Assembly (NCBI GenBank): GCA_951406725.2
Contig: OX597818.1
Coordinates: 143,840,001 to 143,904,000, forward strand
Length of the DNA stretch: 64,000 nucleotides
Reading direction: 5' to 3'
From: Octopus vulgaris
Lineage: Eukaryota
The notes under the pieces are model-generated. The model was given only the letters and a program-made list of their open reading frames with translations. It was not told the origin of the DNA and ran no database searches. Positions 1-13,550 of this stretch are shown in pieces (within the stretch, counting starts at the first letter, position 1; each line of letters begins with the position of its first letter). A program made the translations under genes and the position numbers.

Positions 1-68
<68 letters not shown>

Positions 69-2170
69 AAGAGAGAGAGAAAGAAAGTGCGTGTGTCTGT
101 GTGTCTGTGACTATGCTAGACAATCGTGTACGAATTGGTGTGTTTATGTACGTCAACCTATCTAATGTCATACAACAAATATTGATTAGTGTCCTGAAAT
201 AGTCGCTACAAGACAGGATTCAGTTAAATAATACAACCAAATATACACTTGCAGTAGGTGTGTATGTCCATGTATCCATATATGCGAGCGTGTGTTAGTT
301 TTATTCGTCTAAGGATGAGTTGTATGTGTATGTCAACGTGTTCTTGTATGCTAACAAACACGTTTTTGTATATATGAGTGTGCATCATTATCTATGCATT
401 CGTATGTACCGTGCGCACATATACATATACTTATGCAAATGCACACTCCTTCGACAGTATACACACAAAGAGATGGAAATGTACGTTTACAACCAAGCTT
501 ACTCATGCATATTAACCCACCCACAGATGAGTACATATTCATACACATGAGAAAACGTGCATGGAGCATGTAGCTGTAATATGTGTAAACATGTATACCA
601 CCAAAAGTGGAAAAGGGAGAAGAGAGAAGAGACAACATTTTTACTATAATTCAAATAAATACTCGATAAGGGAATTAACAAAAAGAAAAGAGAAGAATGT
701 TATTTGAAAATCTTAGAACTAGTTTATTCTGAGACTGGGGAACAGACTCAACTGTGAGAATTAGAAAATTAAGCTTAAAAACAACACCTATGGGTTGTTT
801 ACAAGGAGGCTTTATGACATGGTATGTGATTCAGGTATTTTACAAGAGTAGTAGCGACAAAGAAATGTTTTTCAGATGCCCTGATGACTCTGCTAATCCA
901 CTTCAGGCGCAAGAGCTCACATTTAGAGAAAAGGAGAAATAAGATTGTGTAATGTTCATGACTTTCTTAAGGACAAAGTGACAGTAATTATTCATTCCAA
1001 TTAATAATGATAATTTCTTTTAATAAGCCACATGGAATGTTTTGTAGTTATGGTAATACATACAACTTTCGTATACATACATACATACATACATACATAC
1101 ATACATACATACATACATACATACATACATACATACATACACGCATATATGCATACATAAATACATACATATATACAAACATACATGCATACGTATGTAC
1201 ACATGTTTGTATATGTGTATGCCTTTACTTTGGTTTCTAAAATAAAGACAGAAGCTCGCTCCAAGCTAGAATTTGAATAACAACAGCGATTATTGTTACA
1301 TAATGAACTTTAGAAAAGTCTAGCATATTTTTACTGTTCCACTTGCGGGTTATGTCTATAAAGTGTTAGGTGTTGTCTTTACTTGAAAAGCTAAGCTTTT
1401 CCAGATTGTAACTTAGATATTTACTAACGTAAATTTATAAACAGGGCAGAGAAGCTGCATACTTCAAAACAGTTGTCCATAAGACTATCATGGTTTTCTT
1501 TACTGTCAGGAATAACTATATCAAGCTTTGTTACGTTTGCCCTTGAAGTTTTGATGGGAATGTTACAGGGAATTCCTTGTCTTGATATGTATGTATTATA
1601 AGTGTCTGTGTATGCCTGTATGTATGAATGTATGTATGCGTGCATCTATTTATGAATGTATTAATGGTTCTCGTTTTGACAACTCCCAAAGAGAAGTATA
1701 ACAATTGTCGACTGCAAAAAGATTTAACACCAAGACGCCAGACTAATAACATAAAACAGAACCCATAATTTGCTACTGTCACGTTCTGCACGACTAGGCA
1801 TCCCATTAAAAACCATAAGGGTGGTGATTTCTTCCGCTATATATATTTTTTTATTATTTTATTTTTAATCTTGCTTTTTCGTTTTTTTATTTACCGGGAT
1901 GGAGATTAGCATTGTTTGTTGAATCAACACGGGAATATAATCGGTAAAATACCATTAATCCGCGAGACACCGTCGATGTTTCATATAATTCTCTATCGAT
2001 AGTTTCGTATTGATGATACTGATTTTTATATTTGGCCCAAACAACTTACAACGTTCATGGCAGTTTCCAAAAGACTCATCAAGTAATTGGAATGGCTCTA
2101 AACCAAAAAAATAGGCAAGAACTATGGACATCTAAACGACTACTACGACGATGACAACAAAGGATGAGAA

Positions 2171-2171
<1 letters not shown>

Positions 2172-2220
<49 letters not shown>

Positions 2221-2337
2221 ATGGTGGTGATGGTGGTGGTGGTGGTGGTGGTGGTGGTAGTAGTAGTAGTAGTAGAAGTAGTAGTAGTAGTAGACGTAGT
2301 AGTAGTAGTGGTGGTGGTGGTGGTGGTGGTGGTGGTA

Positions 2338-2404
<67 letters not shown>
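2172..2404. repeat. (AGT)n/(GGT)n compound microsatellite
   Basis: Seen directly; source of the poly-S/V/T/Y ORFs. Confidence 0.95.
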
Positions 2405-2405
<1 letters not shown>

Positions 2406-3351
2406 TACACCAAAACTTTTTAAGACCACAGCAATAGTACAATAACAGCAGGTAGCAAATTATGATATATTTCCTATAGCTACGTATATAGCACATGACA
2501 GTTATACACATGTACATAGTGAGTGAGTATGTATGTGTACGTGTTTATGTATGCATATATATGAGTGTTTATATGCATAAAATAGTCAAACAGAATATAC
2601 TGCTTTTATTTTTCTTTTATAATTTTATAGTCATCACCAACAATAATCGTAATCATATATGCCAGTTGTCACATGGCACACAATAATTCTGCAAATAACA
2701 TGAGACAACATGAACACACACACACACGCACATATATGTGTGTGTGTGTACAAATATATATATATATGTACACACACACACAATGACAGTCATAGTATCT
2801 TCCCCCCTTCCGCTTTCTCTCCCCCTCCCACTACCTTGAGTTCTTGAAAGAGTGAAATAATTGGAGTGAGACACAGGAAAGTAGTACCTGAGAGGCTATT
2901 TAAATGCTGTCTTATAAAACAGACATACATACATGCACAATCGTGAAAACAAACACGTTGAGCACACCTGCAATACACGAAGAAAGGTTTGTCGACGATG
3001 ATGCAATGCAACGAGATCAAAATTGAAAGTAAATTAAGAAGAAAGAGGTGGGGGGGGGGAGAAATTGAGAGGGAAGGATTCTGGGAAAAATAACAAGTAA
3101 CAAAACCTTTTAGAAAACAAACATGAATAAATCAGAGTATAAAATATGTATGCGTATATGTGTATATCTCTATAAATATATTTATGTATGTATGCATATA
3201 TGTATGTATGTATGTATGTATGCATGTATGTATGTATGTATGTATGTATGTATGTATTGCATGTATGTATATATGTATGTATGTGTGTGCATATATATAT
3301 GTATATACACACACATACATGCATACATACATACATATATATATATATGAC

Positions 3352-3397
<46 letters not shown>

Positions 3398-3528
3398 CAC
3401 ACACAAATAGATAGATAGATAAATAGAGAGATATATGTATATATACATACATATATTCATGCAAACATGTATGTATATATATATTCACACACACACATGG
3501 ATATGTGTATATATATATACATACAAAC

Positions 3529-3559
<31 letters not shown>

Positions 3560-4216
3560 AATGAAGTCTGCCTGTCTGCCTGTCTGTCTCTCTGTATGTA
3601 TATATGTATTTATCTATCTATCTACCTCTATATCTATCTATCTATCAATGTATCTATGTATCCGTTAAGTGAAATACAGAGTAAACACTAACAGTATTAT
3701 CAGTTCAAGCGTTGTAAAGCATTTTTCATCGTGCTATCAAAATCTGAAAGGTTAAAACGAACAGACCGCCTCCTATTGTCTGATATAAGCGTGAGGAGAG
3801 AAGGAGGACTACCTGGCTTCATGTCTCCATACCCACACAAACCACTGCTCTATGACACGCGTGTACGATCACTTGGAGTTTTTCCGAATAGCGACATACA
3901 ACGGAGAACGTGGTCGCTGATCTGATTAGGAGCCAATTACAGGTGTGACAAGAAGACGTCCAGGTGTGTCAACTACGACAAGCATGAGGCAGACACACGC
4001 CGACATTTCAAAGGGTCAGATAACTCAACACCACAACCCGTGTATTAACAGCATCAGTGAAGCTAGTACACAGCTGAGTATAGACACGAAGCGAGAGTAA
4101 TAACAATGTAAAAGAATAAAGACAGCTTTTTCAGCATACATTACTACCGTATAATTCTAATTGTAAATACATGATAGAATTTCACATTCCATTCTTCTTA
4201 TTCCCCTCCCACTACT

Positions 4217-4262
<46 letters not shown>

Positions 4263-5306
4263 TTCTCTTTCTGTCACTGTCGATATCTCAATTTGTCTGC
4301 TTTTCCATTAATTGTCCATTGTCAGTCAATATGTATGTTCCCCTTTCACTCCGTTAGTCTCTCCTTTCTCACAAACTTCTTGCTTGTTGATGTTGAGAGT
4401 TGTATCTCTGTTCACAAATGCAGATGATTACATTTCTTTGTTCGAAGAAAGAAAAAGGGAGAATAATATATTAGGATTTTTGATTCGGTGTTGCACGCCT
4501 CTTTCTTTTATCGTCCTTCTCCTCCTCCTCCTCACCATTATCAACACTATCCTTCTCTTCCGATTCTTCCTATTCCTCCTTCCTCTCCTTCTTATCATCA
4601 TTCTCATCATCGTTATGTGCACTTAACAGGAAACACACTGACCAATAAATACGTACAAATGCACGTAACAACTACCACCAACTACAACGATCAGTAACTC
4701 TTTCTTTATCACCATTGTCATCACTAGCATTATCCCCACATCAACATCATCCTCACATCATCATCATCATCATCATCTCCGCATTATCATCTCCGCATCA
4801 TCATCCCCGCATCGTCATCATCCTTAACATCATGGTCATCCTCAAACATCTATTATTATTGACGTGTTAGTATTAGCCTCACTTTCCAACCTCTAAACAC
4901 TCATCACTATTGCTCTCCTTCTCACTGTCACCGCTGCTTTCACAACTAATTCCATTGTATCCACTGACATTTATTTACACCTTCAGCATCAGTACAACAC
5001 CTCCAGCCAACGTGGAAATTTCTACGAGGTCCCTCGACCTGCCAGCTATTCCAGCCAAATCTCTGTGAAATCACACATTACAGTTTTAAAACAGGTCACG
5101 TTCCGAGTTCTCAGTCTATAGGAAAATGATAGGGTGGTCACAGTTGGAATGCCTTCGATCATAGTTCTGCTCGATTAGTGCTGAATGAGGTTTAAACAAC
5201 ATCTCCAGTACATTCACTACAAACTGACAAAGCTTCTCTAATGGAAATTCATTTACTATGCGATCAGCACGCATTGGTGGTGATTGTTGATTATCACGTG
5301 TCTCAG

Positions 5307-5376
5307 TATACATGTCGACACGCATCCACTTTCATATGAGATTGTTTATATGTCGGCATGGCAAAACTAAGTATCT
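5307..5376. repeat. Left arm of a perfect 70-bp inverted duplication (partner 11040-11109)
   Basis: tatacatgtcgacacgc...aaactaagtatct is the exact reverse complement of 11040-11109. This copy is bracketed by the direct repeat TCTCAGTA (5301-5308, 5374-5381). Confidence 0.95.
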
Positions 5377-5582
5377 CAGTAGTATTACTGGAAGTTACTC
5401 ATATCCTTCAAAATCTTTATTCCAAACTCATTCGACTTGCATATACAAAGAAATTACGGTTGTAATATGTTAAGGAATGAAGATTCGTTTAAAATACGTT
5501 ATAGGTACACATACGTGCACACACACACACACACACACACACATTCATATATATATATATATATACATGCTCACACACATAC

Positions 5583-5760
5583 ACACGTGTGTAAGCTCCT
5601 ATACAGCACTTAGTCATCATATGTGTGTAAATAAATCTAGGTGTGAACACACACAGACACATGCACACACACATATACATACATATACACACACATACAT
5701 GCACACGTGTGTAAGCTCCTTTACAACACTCAATCATCATATGTGTATAAATAAATCTAG
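5583..5760. repeat. Two-copy tandem duplication, period 120 bp
   Basis: acacgtgtgtaagctcct...ataaatctag occurs at 5583 and 5703 with a few substitutions. Confidence 0.85.
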
Positions 5761-5766
5761 ACACGA

Positions 5767-5797
<31 letters not shown>

Positions 5798-6316
5798 TAC
5801 TGGATTGTCACGGTTGAAATACCTATGTATTATTTCCTTTTGTAGTGAACTGTTTCAGTAATATATTTTTATTATAAATGATACAAGCATTTTGTTTGAA
5901 ATGGAAAATTTATGCGGATTCACCGTTTCTTAACCAATGGATTGGACACCAGCACACGCGCACTCATTCACATGTACAAGTATAAGTAATGCTTAATAAA
6001 GAATGCAACTTTATCAGATACTCTCTCTCTCTCTCTCTCTCTCTCTTCATTTTCTTTCTTTTTCTTTTTCTTTCTCTCTTTCCTCTTTCCCACATGCTCT
6101 TCATATGTTTTCTTATTCAATCATAAGAGTATATCACAAGTTAAAAGTTGCCTGCTATAAAATGTACATTAAGTGTCACTCGTTCTAGAAAGCACTGGAA
6201 TCATATTGGAAAATCTGGCCAACCTTACTTTTGTTCCTAAATGAGATATTGCGTCACGAAATAAGATCAACAAAACGGTCAACAACAACAACAACAACAA
6301 CAAAAACGACCGATAA

Positions 6317-6389
<73 letters not shown>

Positions 6390-6652
6390 AACAAGAATAA
6401 CATTAATAAAAGTAATAATTGGTGCTAATAAAAATATGAATTGATAAATGAATTTATATAAACAAATGAATTAATAAAATAAAATAAAATTAGGAAGAAA
6501 TTCTTGATTTAGTTTCAAAATTAAATATAAACTTGTAGATTCTAGTTATGATAAAGCCATTGTTAGTGTTCCTAGTGTTGGCTTCATTGATGTTTTGAAG
6601 GTGATGTTGATGTTTGTGTGAAGGATTAACATTGTTGACATTGAAGACTTAC

Positions 6653-6815
6653 CATTGTTGAGTCGAACTGCAAGAGGTTGTAATGTCGGAGTGTATGGAG
6701 CAATTGCTTTCAGGCTCTCGTCTGATTCATCGTAGACATCACGAATTTTGTACCCATTGTAAGATACCCTCTCACTATCGCTCTTCGTCTTTTTCACTAA
6801 AAATGACCGCGGCAT
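6653..6815 (-). CDS. First coding exon of a SNAG-domain transcriptional repressor (Snail/Scratch/Gfi1-type C2H2 zinc-finger family); downstream exons not found in window
   Basis: ATG at 6815 begins MPRSFLVKK, the canonical N-terminal SNAG motif. After 54 codons + 1 nt (..PLAVRLNN-G) there is a consensus donor G|GTAAGT, with the intron starting at 6652 (phase 1). The ORF track extension to 6546 is intron read-through. Confidence 0.85.
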
Positions 6816-7061
6816 TTTTCTTTTTTTTTTTTTTTCAATATGTTTGTTGCTTTTTTTTTTTCCTTGATGTTATACAGAAATCGAAATTTGGATTGTAAAA
6901 TCAATAATGTGATATTATTGATAATATATTTTGCGATGTTGTTGAGGATGTATAAGTTGCTTCTTTTTATAAATAAATTTTCAGTGTAAAATATATACCT
7001 TCATATCTATATATCTATATTAAACATTGTTATAAATATATATTTACATATGTGTATGTAT

Positions 7062-7144
<83 letters not shown>

Positions 7145-7839
7145 TGCGTATATGTGTATGTATGTGTGTATGTATGCGTGTTTATGTTATTCCCTCAAGG
7201 AATGTTATATATTGCTTTTTTTGCCTTTGTGCAGTAATTTATATACATCCATGCATATGCATAGATGTATATATATATGTGTGTGTATGTGTATACACAC
7301 ACACACACTTATTGGCTGATATCTGTATAAAAATGCATACAGGTATTTGTGTATATTATATATATGTATAAATATTATCTATACATAGAAACGTATATAT
7401 TTGTTTTTCTTAATTTGCCATTCTAATTTTCTTTTATTTTTACAAATAATTATGCAAATTAAATAAATTACTTTCACAATATTTTGTGTACTCTGTGTTT
7501 ATCTTTGGAATGCTTTTAGATGTTTTTGTTGCCAGTGGTAAAACAATTGGTGTTATTGATATTTATCGATTAAAAAAAAATGTTGTTGTGTTGTTGGTGA
7601 TAACAGTTGCTTTGTTTTTGTAGTCTAATAAATTCTTAAAATATTTTAAGGACTTCCCGCATTTCGATTTGTTGTTGCTGTTGTCTACTTATTGTTGCTT
7701 TTTTTTTTTTTTTTTTTAGTTGTTGTCTTTAACTTTTTTCTGTTTTGTTTGTTATATCATTTTTTTTCTTTTTTTCTTTTATCATTATTTCTTTGTTCTG
7801 AATTTCTTAAACGTGTTTGTTGTGATGTGTTGCTTGATT

Positions 7840-8130
7840 TGCTGGTCCCGCGGTAAATGCGTCAGCACCATCACATAACAAGTAGTAATAATTTCATCCA
7901 GCGATAGAGACAGCGTTTGAACTGGTCCATGCGCTGCCGCCGCGTCCCGATATAGCAATCAGGTTTGAAAGAGAAAGTAGGAGAAGGCTTGCAGAACTCG
8001 GGAGGTGTCTTTGGCACTGACCTGAGACGAGTCTAGACGAATGCAGTTGTTGGATGTGCTCTGAGCGTGTATCACTGGTTGGTTGCTGCTGCTGCCGCCA
8101 CCATCGCTACGTCGTTATAGATTAAGGGTA
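7840..8130 (-). promoter_or_regulatory. Candidate core promoter / 5' UTR start of the SNAG gene
   Basis: GC/CpG-richer non-repetitive island about 1.0-1.3 kb upstream of the ATG. It has CTATAA on the minus strand at 8120-8115 and is preceded by a long pyrimidine tract (minus strand, 8135-8600). The TSS cannot be located from sequence alone. Confidence 0.3.
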
Positions 8131-9172
8131 AAGTCAATGATGAGGTGGAAGGGGGAGGAGGAAGAAGAAGAAGAAGAAGAAGAAGAAGAAGAGAGGTAGG
8201 TGTTGGGAGCGAGGGAGAGGAAAGACGAAGACAGGGAGTAAGCGATTGATGGGGGAATTAAGGATGAAGGAAGAGGGGAGTGGGAAGCAGAGTAGGAGGA
8301 AGAGGAGTAGAAGGAGGTTACATAAAGAGAAAAAATAACGAAGCGAGAGAGAAAGAGAGTAGTAGAGAGAGCGAGAGAGAGAGAGAGAGAGAGAAAGAGA
8401 TATGTAAGAGAGGGATGGCGTCGGAAAAGAAGTATATTGCAATAATATGAAGATGTAAAACAAAAAGAAAACGATGAAGTTAGGTGATGACAAAGGTGGT
8501 GGTGGTGGTGGTTATGGGGGGAGGTAGTGTTTTAAAGTCCAAGGAGAAAAGGAGGAAGAGGAAGGAATGAAGAAGGAGGGAAAGTGGTAGAAAGAGGAGA
8601 AAGTTACATTATGAAGCGAAAGCCAAAATGTTGACGCTTGTTGTTGTTGGCGTATTTGTTGTCCTTGTTTACAGGTTTCTAACAAGACATTTTCAGGATG
8701 GACATAGTCGCGCGCGCGCACACACACACACACAGCATCACACGAATTCACGCGCTCACGTCCACACACGCACACACACACACGCGCGCGCGCAGGTGCA
8801 CGCAGCCATACGCACACTCACTAATAATAATAATGATACACGCTCATACGTGCGCGCACACAAACACACACACGCACTGATACGAGAGCCAACAGGCGCT
8901 GACACTCAACAACAGGCCAACAGTTGAGAACAGTTTGCGAACGAAGCCACCACTTTTCTTGTCACATGTTATTATTTTATTATTTTTTATTTTATTTTAC
9001 TTTAAATTATGTCGTCATCTTCTCACCTTTTTCTTCTTTGCCACAAAATGATTCACTTATAAAACATCATTACAAGGACGGTAGTCATTTTTTTTTTTTT
9101 ACGGTGTATGAGGGTATGTGTACATAAATCTCGCTTTTTTTGTGAGGGGGGGGGTATATACATATTCAAAAA

Positions 9173-9232
9173 ATATGGTTAGGATTCCTGGCTTTCACCC
9201 AGTCGGTCCGGTTTCGATTCCCGGCATGGGAA
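9173..9232 (+). pseudogene. 5'-truncated tRNA-Glu(TTC) pseudogene
   Basis: GGTTAGGATTCCTGGCTTTCACCCAGTCGGTCCGGTTTCGATTCCCGGCATGGGAA matches the metazoan tRNA-Glu(TTC) body, with anticodon loop CT-TTC-AC at 9192-9198 and T-loop TTCGATT. The 5' acceptor strand and part of the D-arm are missing. Confidence 0.8.
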
Positions 9233-9407
9233 CGTCTTTCTGAATGGCGGTGCCCCAGCATGGCCACAGCTAGATAAACTAGATAAAATATAAAAATATA
9301 TATATATATATAAAATATATATATGTAGCTTGATCACACACACAAACACAAATATACACACGAACGCATACGGACACATATACAACACATGAGTACATAT
9401 ATACATA

Positions 9408-9445
<38 letters not shown>

Positions 9446-9962
9446 TGTGTGCGTGTGTGCGTGTGTTTATCTTGTGTTGTTTTCTTTAATTCCCTTTTTC
9501 TATTATTGTATACGAGTGTTCAAATGACATTGGAAAAAAAAAATGTAAGGATTTCAGGAAAATAGTTAAGGTCGATGCTAGAGGGGGGGGGGACAAATGG
9601 ATAATAATGGTATGTAGATTATTATCGTTGTTGTTATTGTTGTTAACTTTATTAGAGTGAGTAGATAATATATACATTAGACATTGTCATGTCATCGTGT
9701 TACCTCCTTAGGTTATAGATTACATTATTGTGGTCGTCGTCGTCGTCGTGGTAGTTGTAGAATTACTTATTATTGTTGTTGATGCTTTCTCGAATAGTCG
9801 CAGAGCGTGCTGTGTTTGTTTCATTTCGCTACACTATTTTTTTTTTTTTTTCCTACTTCCTGATATTCTAAGAATAAGAAGAAAAAAATTGATATTTTTC
9901 TAATTGCTACTGATGTCGTTTCAGAAGAATACATTTTTGTTCATTTGTTGTTGGTGTTGTTG

Positions 9963-9994
<32 letters not shown>

Positions 9995-10298
9995 CGTGGT
10001 TGTAGTGGTGGTACATTTGTTTATTGTATTATTTGACAACGTTGATAATGTTGCAAATAACAATAATGGTAATAAAAGGAGGCGGGTGGTGGTGGTAACA
10101 GAGTTGCTGGGAAGATGTGAGTGTCCTCCGTACAATAGACGGAAGCAGGGTCTATACAAGAAGATAAAACGACAACAATCGCAAAAGTAATATTGTTGTT
10201 GTGATTGTTAAAGCAACTCCTTATTAAAATTTTTTATTTTTATAACTATTCTTTACCCGAATTACAAGCAATTCTTCTATTTCATCATCATCATCATC

Positions 10299-10349
<51 letters not shown>

Positions 10350-10520
10350 TGTAGTAGTACAGCAGCAGTAGCAGCAACAGCAGCAGTGGTTGTGGTAGTA
10401 GTAGTAGTATAATTACAGCAGTAAATATCAATGGTCAATAAGTATATATAGAGAGAGGAGGGAGGGAGGGAGGGAGGGAGGGAGGAGGGAAATCGAAATA
10501 GAGATAAACAAAAGAAATGT

Positions 10521-10563
<43 letters not shown>

Positions 10564-11039
10564 TATGTAACACGCATAACAAGCGTGCGTAGATAATCTT
10601 CGTGTGTGTTTTTTTTATTGCAAATAAACAATAGTTTTGACATTTGTTGGGGGTGTTACGTTCGTAACATAACATAACATGACAACTCGCATGTGACAAC
10701 AGCGATTCACCACTCAGCAACAAACGGTGAACAACAAATGCTACGAAGACGAAACCTCTCCGTGGTAGCTCGGCCTCCTAGAAGGAATAGCCAGACCATC
10801 CTACTCAAAAATGACAATATGTATGTGTTTGTGTGTGTGTGTGTGTCTGAGTGTGTGTGCCTGTGTGTGTCTGTGTGTATTTATGTATGCATTGTCTGTT
10901 TGTAGGTATATGTGTATATGTGCATGTGTGTTTATATATATATATATCACGTGATCACGTGACCGACCAGGCTATCAGATGTTGCCACACATCGCTGGTC
11001 ACAATGCGCTTCGCACTATTTTAGCCTTTTCAAATACTT

Positions 11040-11109
11040 AGATACTTAGTTTTGCCATGCCGACATATAAACAATCTCATATGAAAGTGGATGCGTGTCG
11101 ACATGTATA
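11040..11109. repeat. Right arm (probable donor) of the 70-bp inverted duplication
   Basis: Exact reverse complement of 5307-5376. No flanking direct repeat was seen here. Confidence 0.95.
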
Positions 11110-11133
11110 TTATATATATACACACACAAACAT

Positions 11134-11520
11134 ATATATATATATATATATATACATACATACATACATACATACACACATACATACATACATACATGCA
11201 TACATACATACATACATATACACATACATACACACATACATACATACATACATACATACATACACACATACATACATACACACATACATACATACATACA
11301 TACATACATACATACATACATACATACACACATACATACATATATACATACATACATACATACATACACACATACATACATACACACATACATACATACA
11401 TACATACATACATACATACATACATACATACATACACACACACATACATACATACACACATACATACATACATACATACATACATACATACATACATACA
11501 TACATACATACATACATACA

Positions 11521-11556
<36 letters not shown>

Positions 11557-11558
11557 TA
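11134..11558. repeat. (TACA)n microsatellite array
   Basis: Seen directly; similar arrays at 1074-1140 and 13483-13990. Confidence 0.95.
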
Positions 11559-11788
11559 GTCTCTTTGAGAAATGTAGTTTTGTAGTCTTAGATACACTAC
11601 TAGAATACAAGACAGTGTTGTCATACGTCGAATGACTTTGGACAGAGGCCCACTTAATCGTTGTTGATAATAAATGCAACGAAGACAGAAAAGAGCAGGA
11701 AAGGAAAAGCAAATCACTCGAATATAAATAAATGCCTATATAACTATCGATTTAGACAAGTAGTAGTAGTAGTAGTAGTAGTAGCAGC

Positions 11789-11878
<90 letters not shown>

Positions 11879-12224
11879 GGTGGTGGTGGTAGTAGTAGGC
11901 TCCGACGATTTAATTTTACAACAGAAATGTGTAGTATGTAAGCTAGTTCAAGGACGAATAAATATACAAATGAATCAAGTGGAGCAATGCACGGGTGGAT
12001 GTTGGCTGACGGTCCCCCTACTTAAATTATATTTGAAGGTAGGTTAGGAAAGGATAGGAGGAGTGGGTGTGGCGGGTGGCGGGTGGTGGTGGTGTAGAGG
12101 TGGTCCTAGTTTTGGTTTGATGAACTCGTCGGTGGTGGTTAGAGAAACGGGAAGCCGGTAAGAGAAAGTAATGTCAACAACACCACCATCCACAACAACA
12201 ATGATAATAAGGATGGTGATGAGA

Positions 12225-12290
<66 letters not shown>

Positions 12291-12399
12291 GTGATGGTGA
12301 TGGTGATGGTGATGGTGATGATTTCTTTTATTTTTGATTTGGTACTTTTATTGTCTCCGAAAAGATGAAAGGCAAAGTTGACCCCGACGAGCAACAACA

Positions 12400-12460
<61 letters not shown>

Positions 12461-13481
12461 GTAATAATAATAATAGTAATAATAATAATAGTAATAATAA
12501 TAATAGTAATAATAATAATAGTGGTCGTCGTCGTCGTCGTGGTTAAAGTAGGAGTAAGAATAAGTAAAAATTAAAAACTACAGTCAACGAGGTGGTCAGA
12601 TTTGAAGTGGAAGGTTTTAGAGAGATGAAAAGAGAAAAGGTTATTGGGAATCGAAAAACAGAAATGATGGCACACTGGACGGGTATGAATGCGGGTGGGA
12701 AATTAAGAGCAGAAAGAAGAACATGGATACGAAGAAACATAAACAGAAAGTAAAAGGAAAGACTGGGAGAACAATACATGTGATTAATGAGTGAGTGTGA
12801 GATTTGAGTGAATCATCTGAGTGCAGGGTGGAGTGCTGAGTCTAGGTGAAGCTTTAGCGAAAAGCGTGGCTTTCTTTTTTACTTGCATAAACAGTAGCGT
12901 TTAACCACGCCCACCAAGCTTACCACCTTTGCTTGGTGTGACTAGTCGACTTCAGTGGCCAATGGACTGATGAGTGTAGGTCGAAGTGAAATGCTAGTAG
13001 TGACAACAACAGCGGCAAGAACACCAAACTAACAGTTACTTATACTTATACACAACTTCTCATACTTCTAGAGGGAAAAGGAAATTGTGACATACATGCC
13101 TCTCCCAAGCAATAGAAGTGTAAACTATTTTCAAACGGCAATCAAAAGAGGGGGGGGCGTCTGAAAATTCGGTTCTTGGAGACCTCGACATCACATCACA
13201 ACCACGTGACTTTTCACCACCACCGCGAGATTCATCGCTGCTATTCATTTTAGCAACACCAACAACGATATAACGACATGGACAAGTAAAAATAAGTACT
13301 ATTTTTTCTAGTACATAAACACGTGCGCGCGCGTGCACACATACAACTAAGTACGCGCGAATGTATGCACGTAAGTACATACGTATGGATGTATGTATGC
13401 ATGCATGTATGTCGATATAAGAAAAGAGAAAGGGAAATTCAAGTGGGCAGAATATACATGCGTATGTATTTGAAGGGAATA

Positions 13482-13482
<1 letters not shown>

Positions 13483-13514
<32 letters not shown>

Positions 13515-13516
13515 CA

Positions 13517-13550
<34 letters not shown>

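Noticed and set aside
880-930. CTGATGA followed by a possible stem (hammerhead candidate)
   Set aside because: There is no GAAA after the stem and no stem I/III pairing.
6546-6652. C-terminal extension of the SNAG ORF to a stop at 6546
   Set aside because: It lies after a consensus GTAAGT donor and is best read as intron.
10947-10962. Tandem TCACGTGA palindromes as a CLEAR/USF regulatory site
   Set aside because: They sit at the edge of a (TA)n tract in what looks like a repeat fragment, with no independent support.
5307-11109. TIR transposon or true inversion carrying the SNAG exon
   Set aside because: There is no TSD outside the pair. The direct repeat brackets only the left arm, which favours a templated insertion.
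12945-12992. CTGATGA..GAAG hammerhead candidate
   Set aside because: Stem II is essentially absent and the core reads GAAG rather than GAAA.
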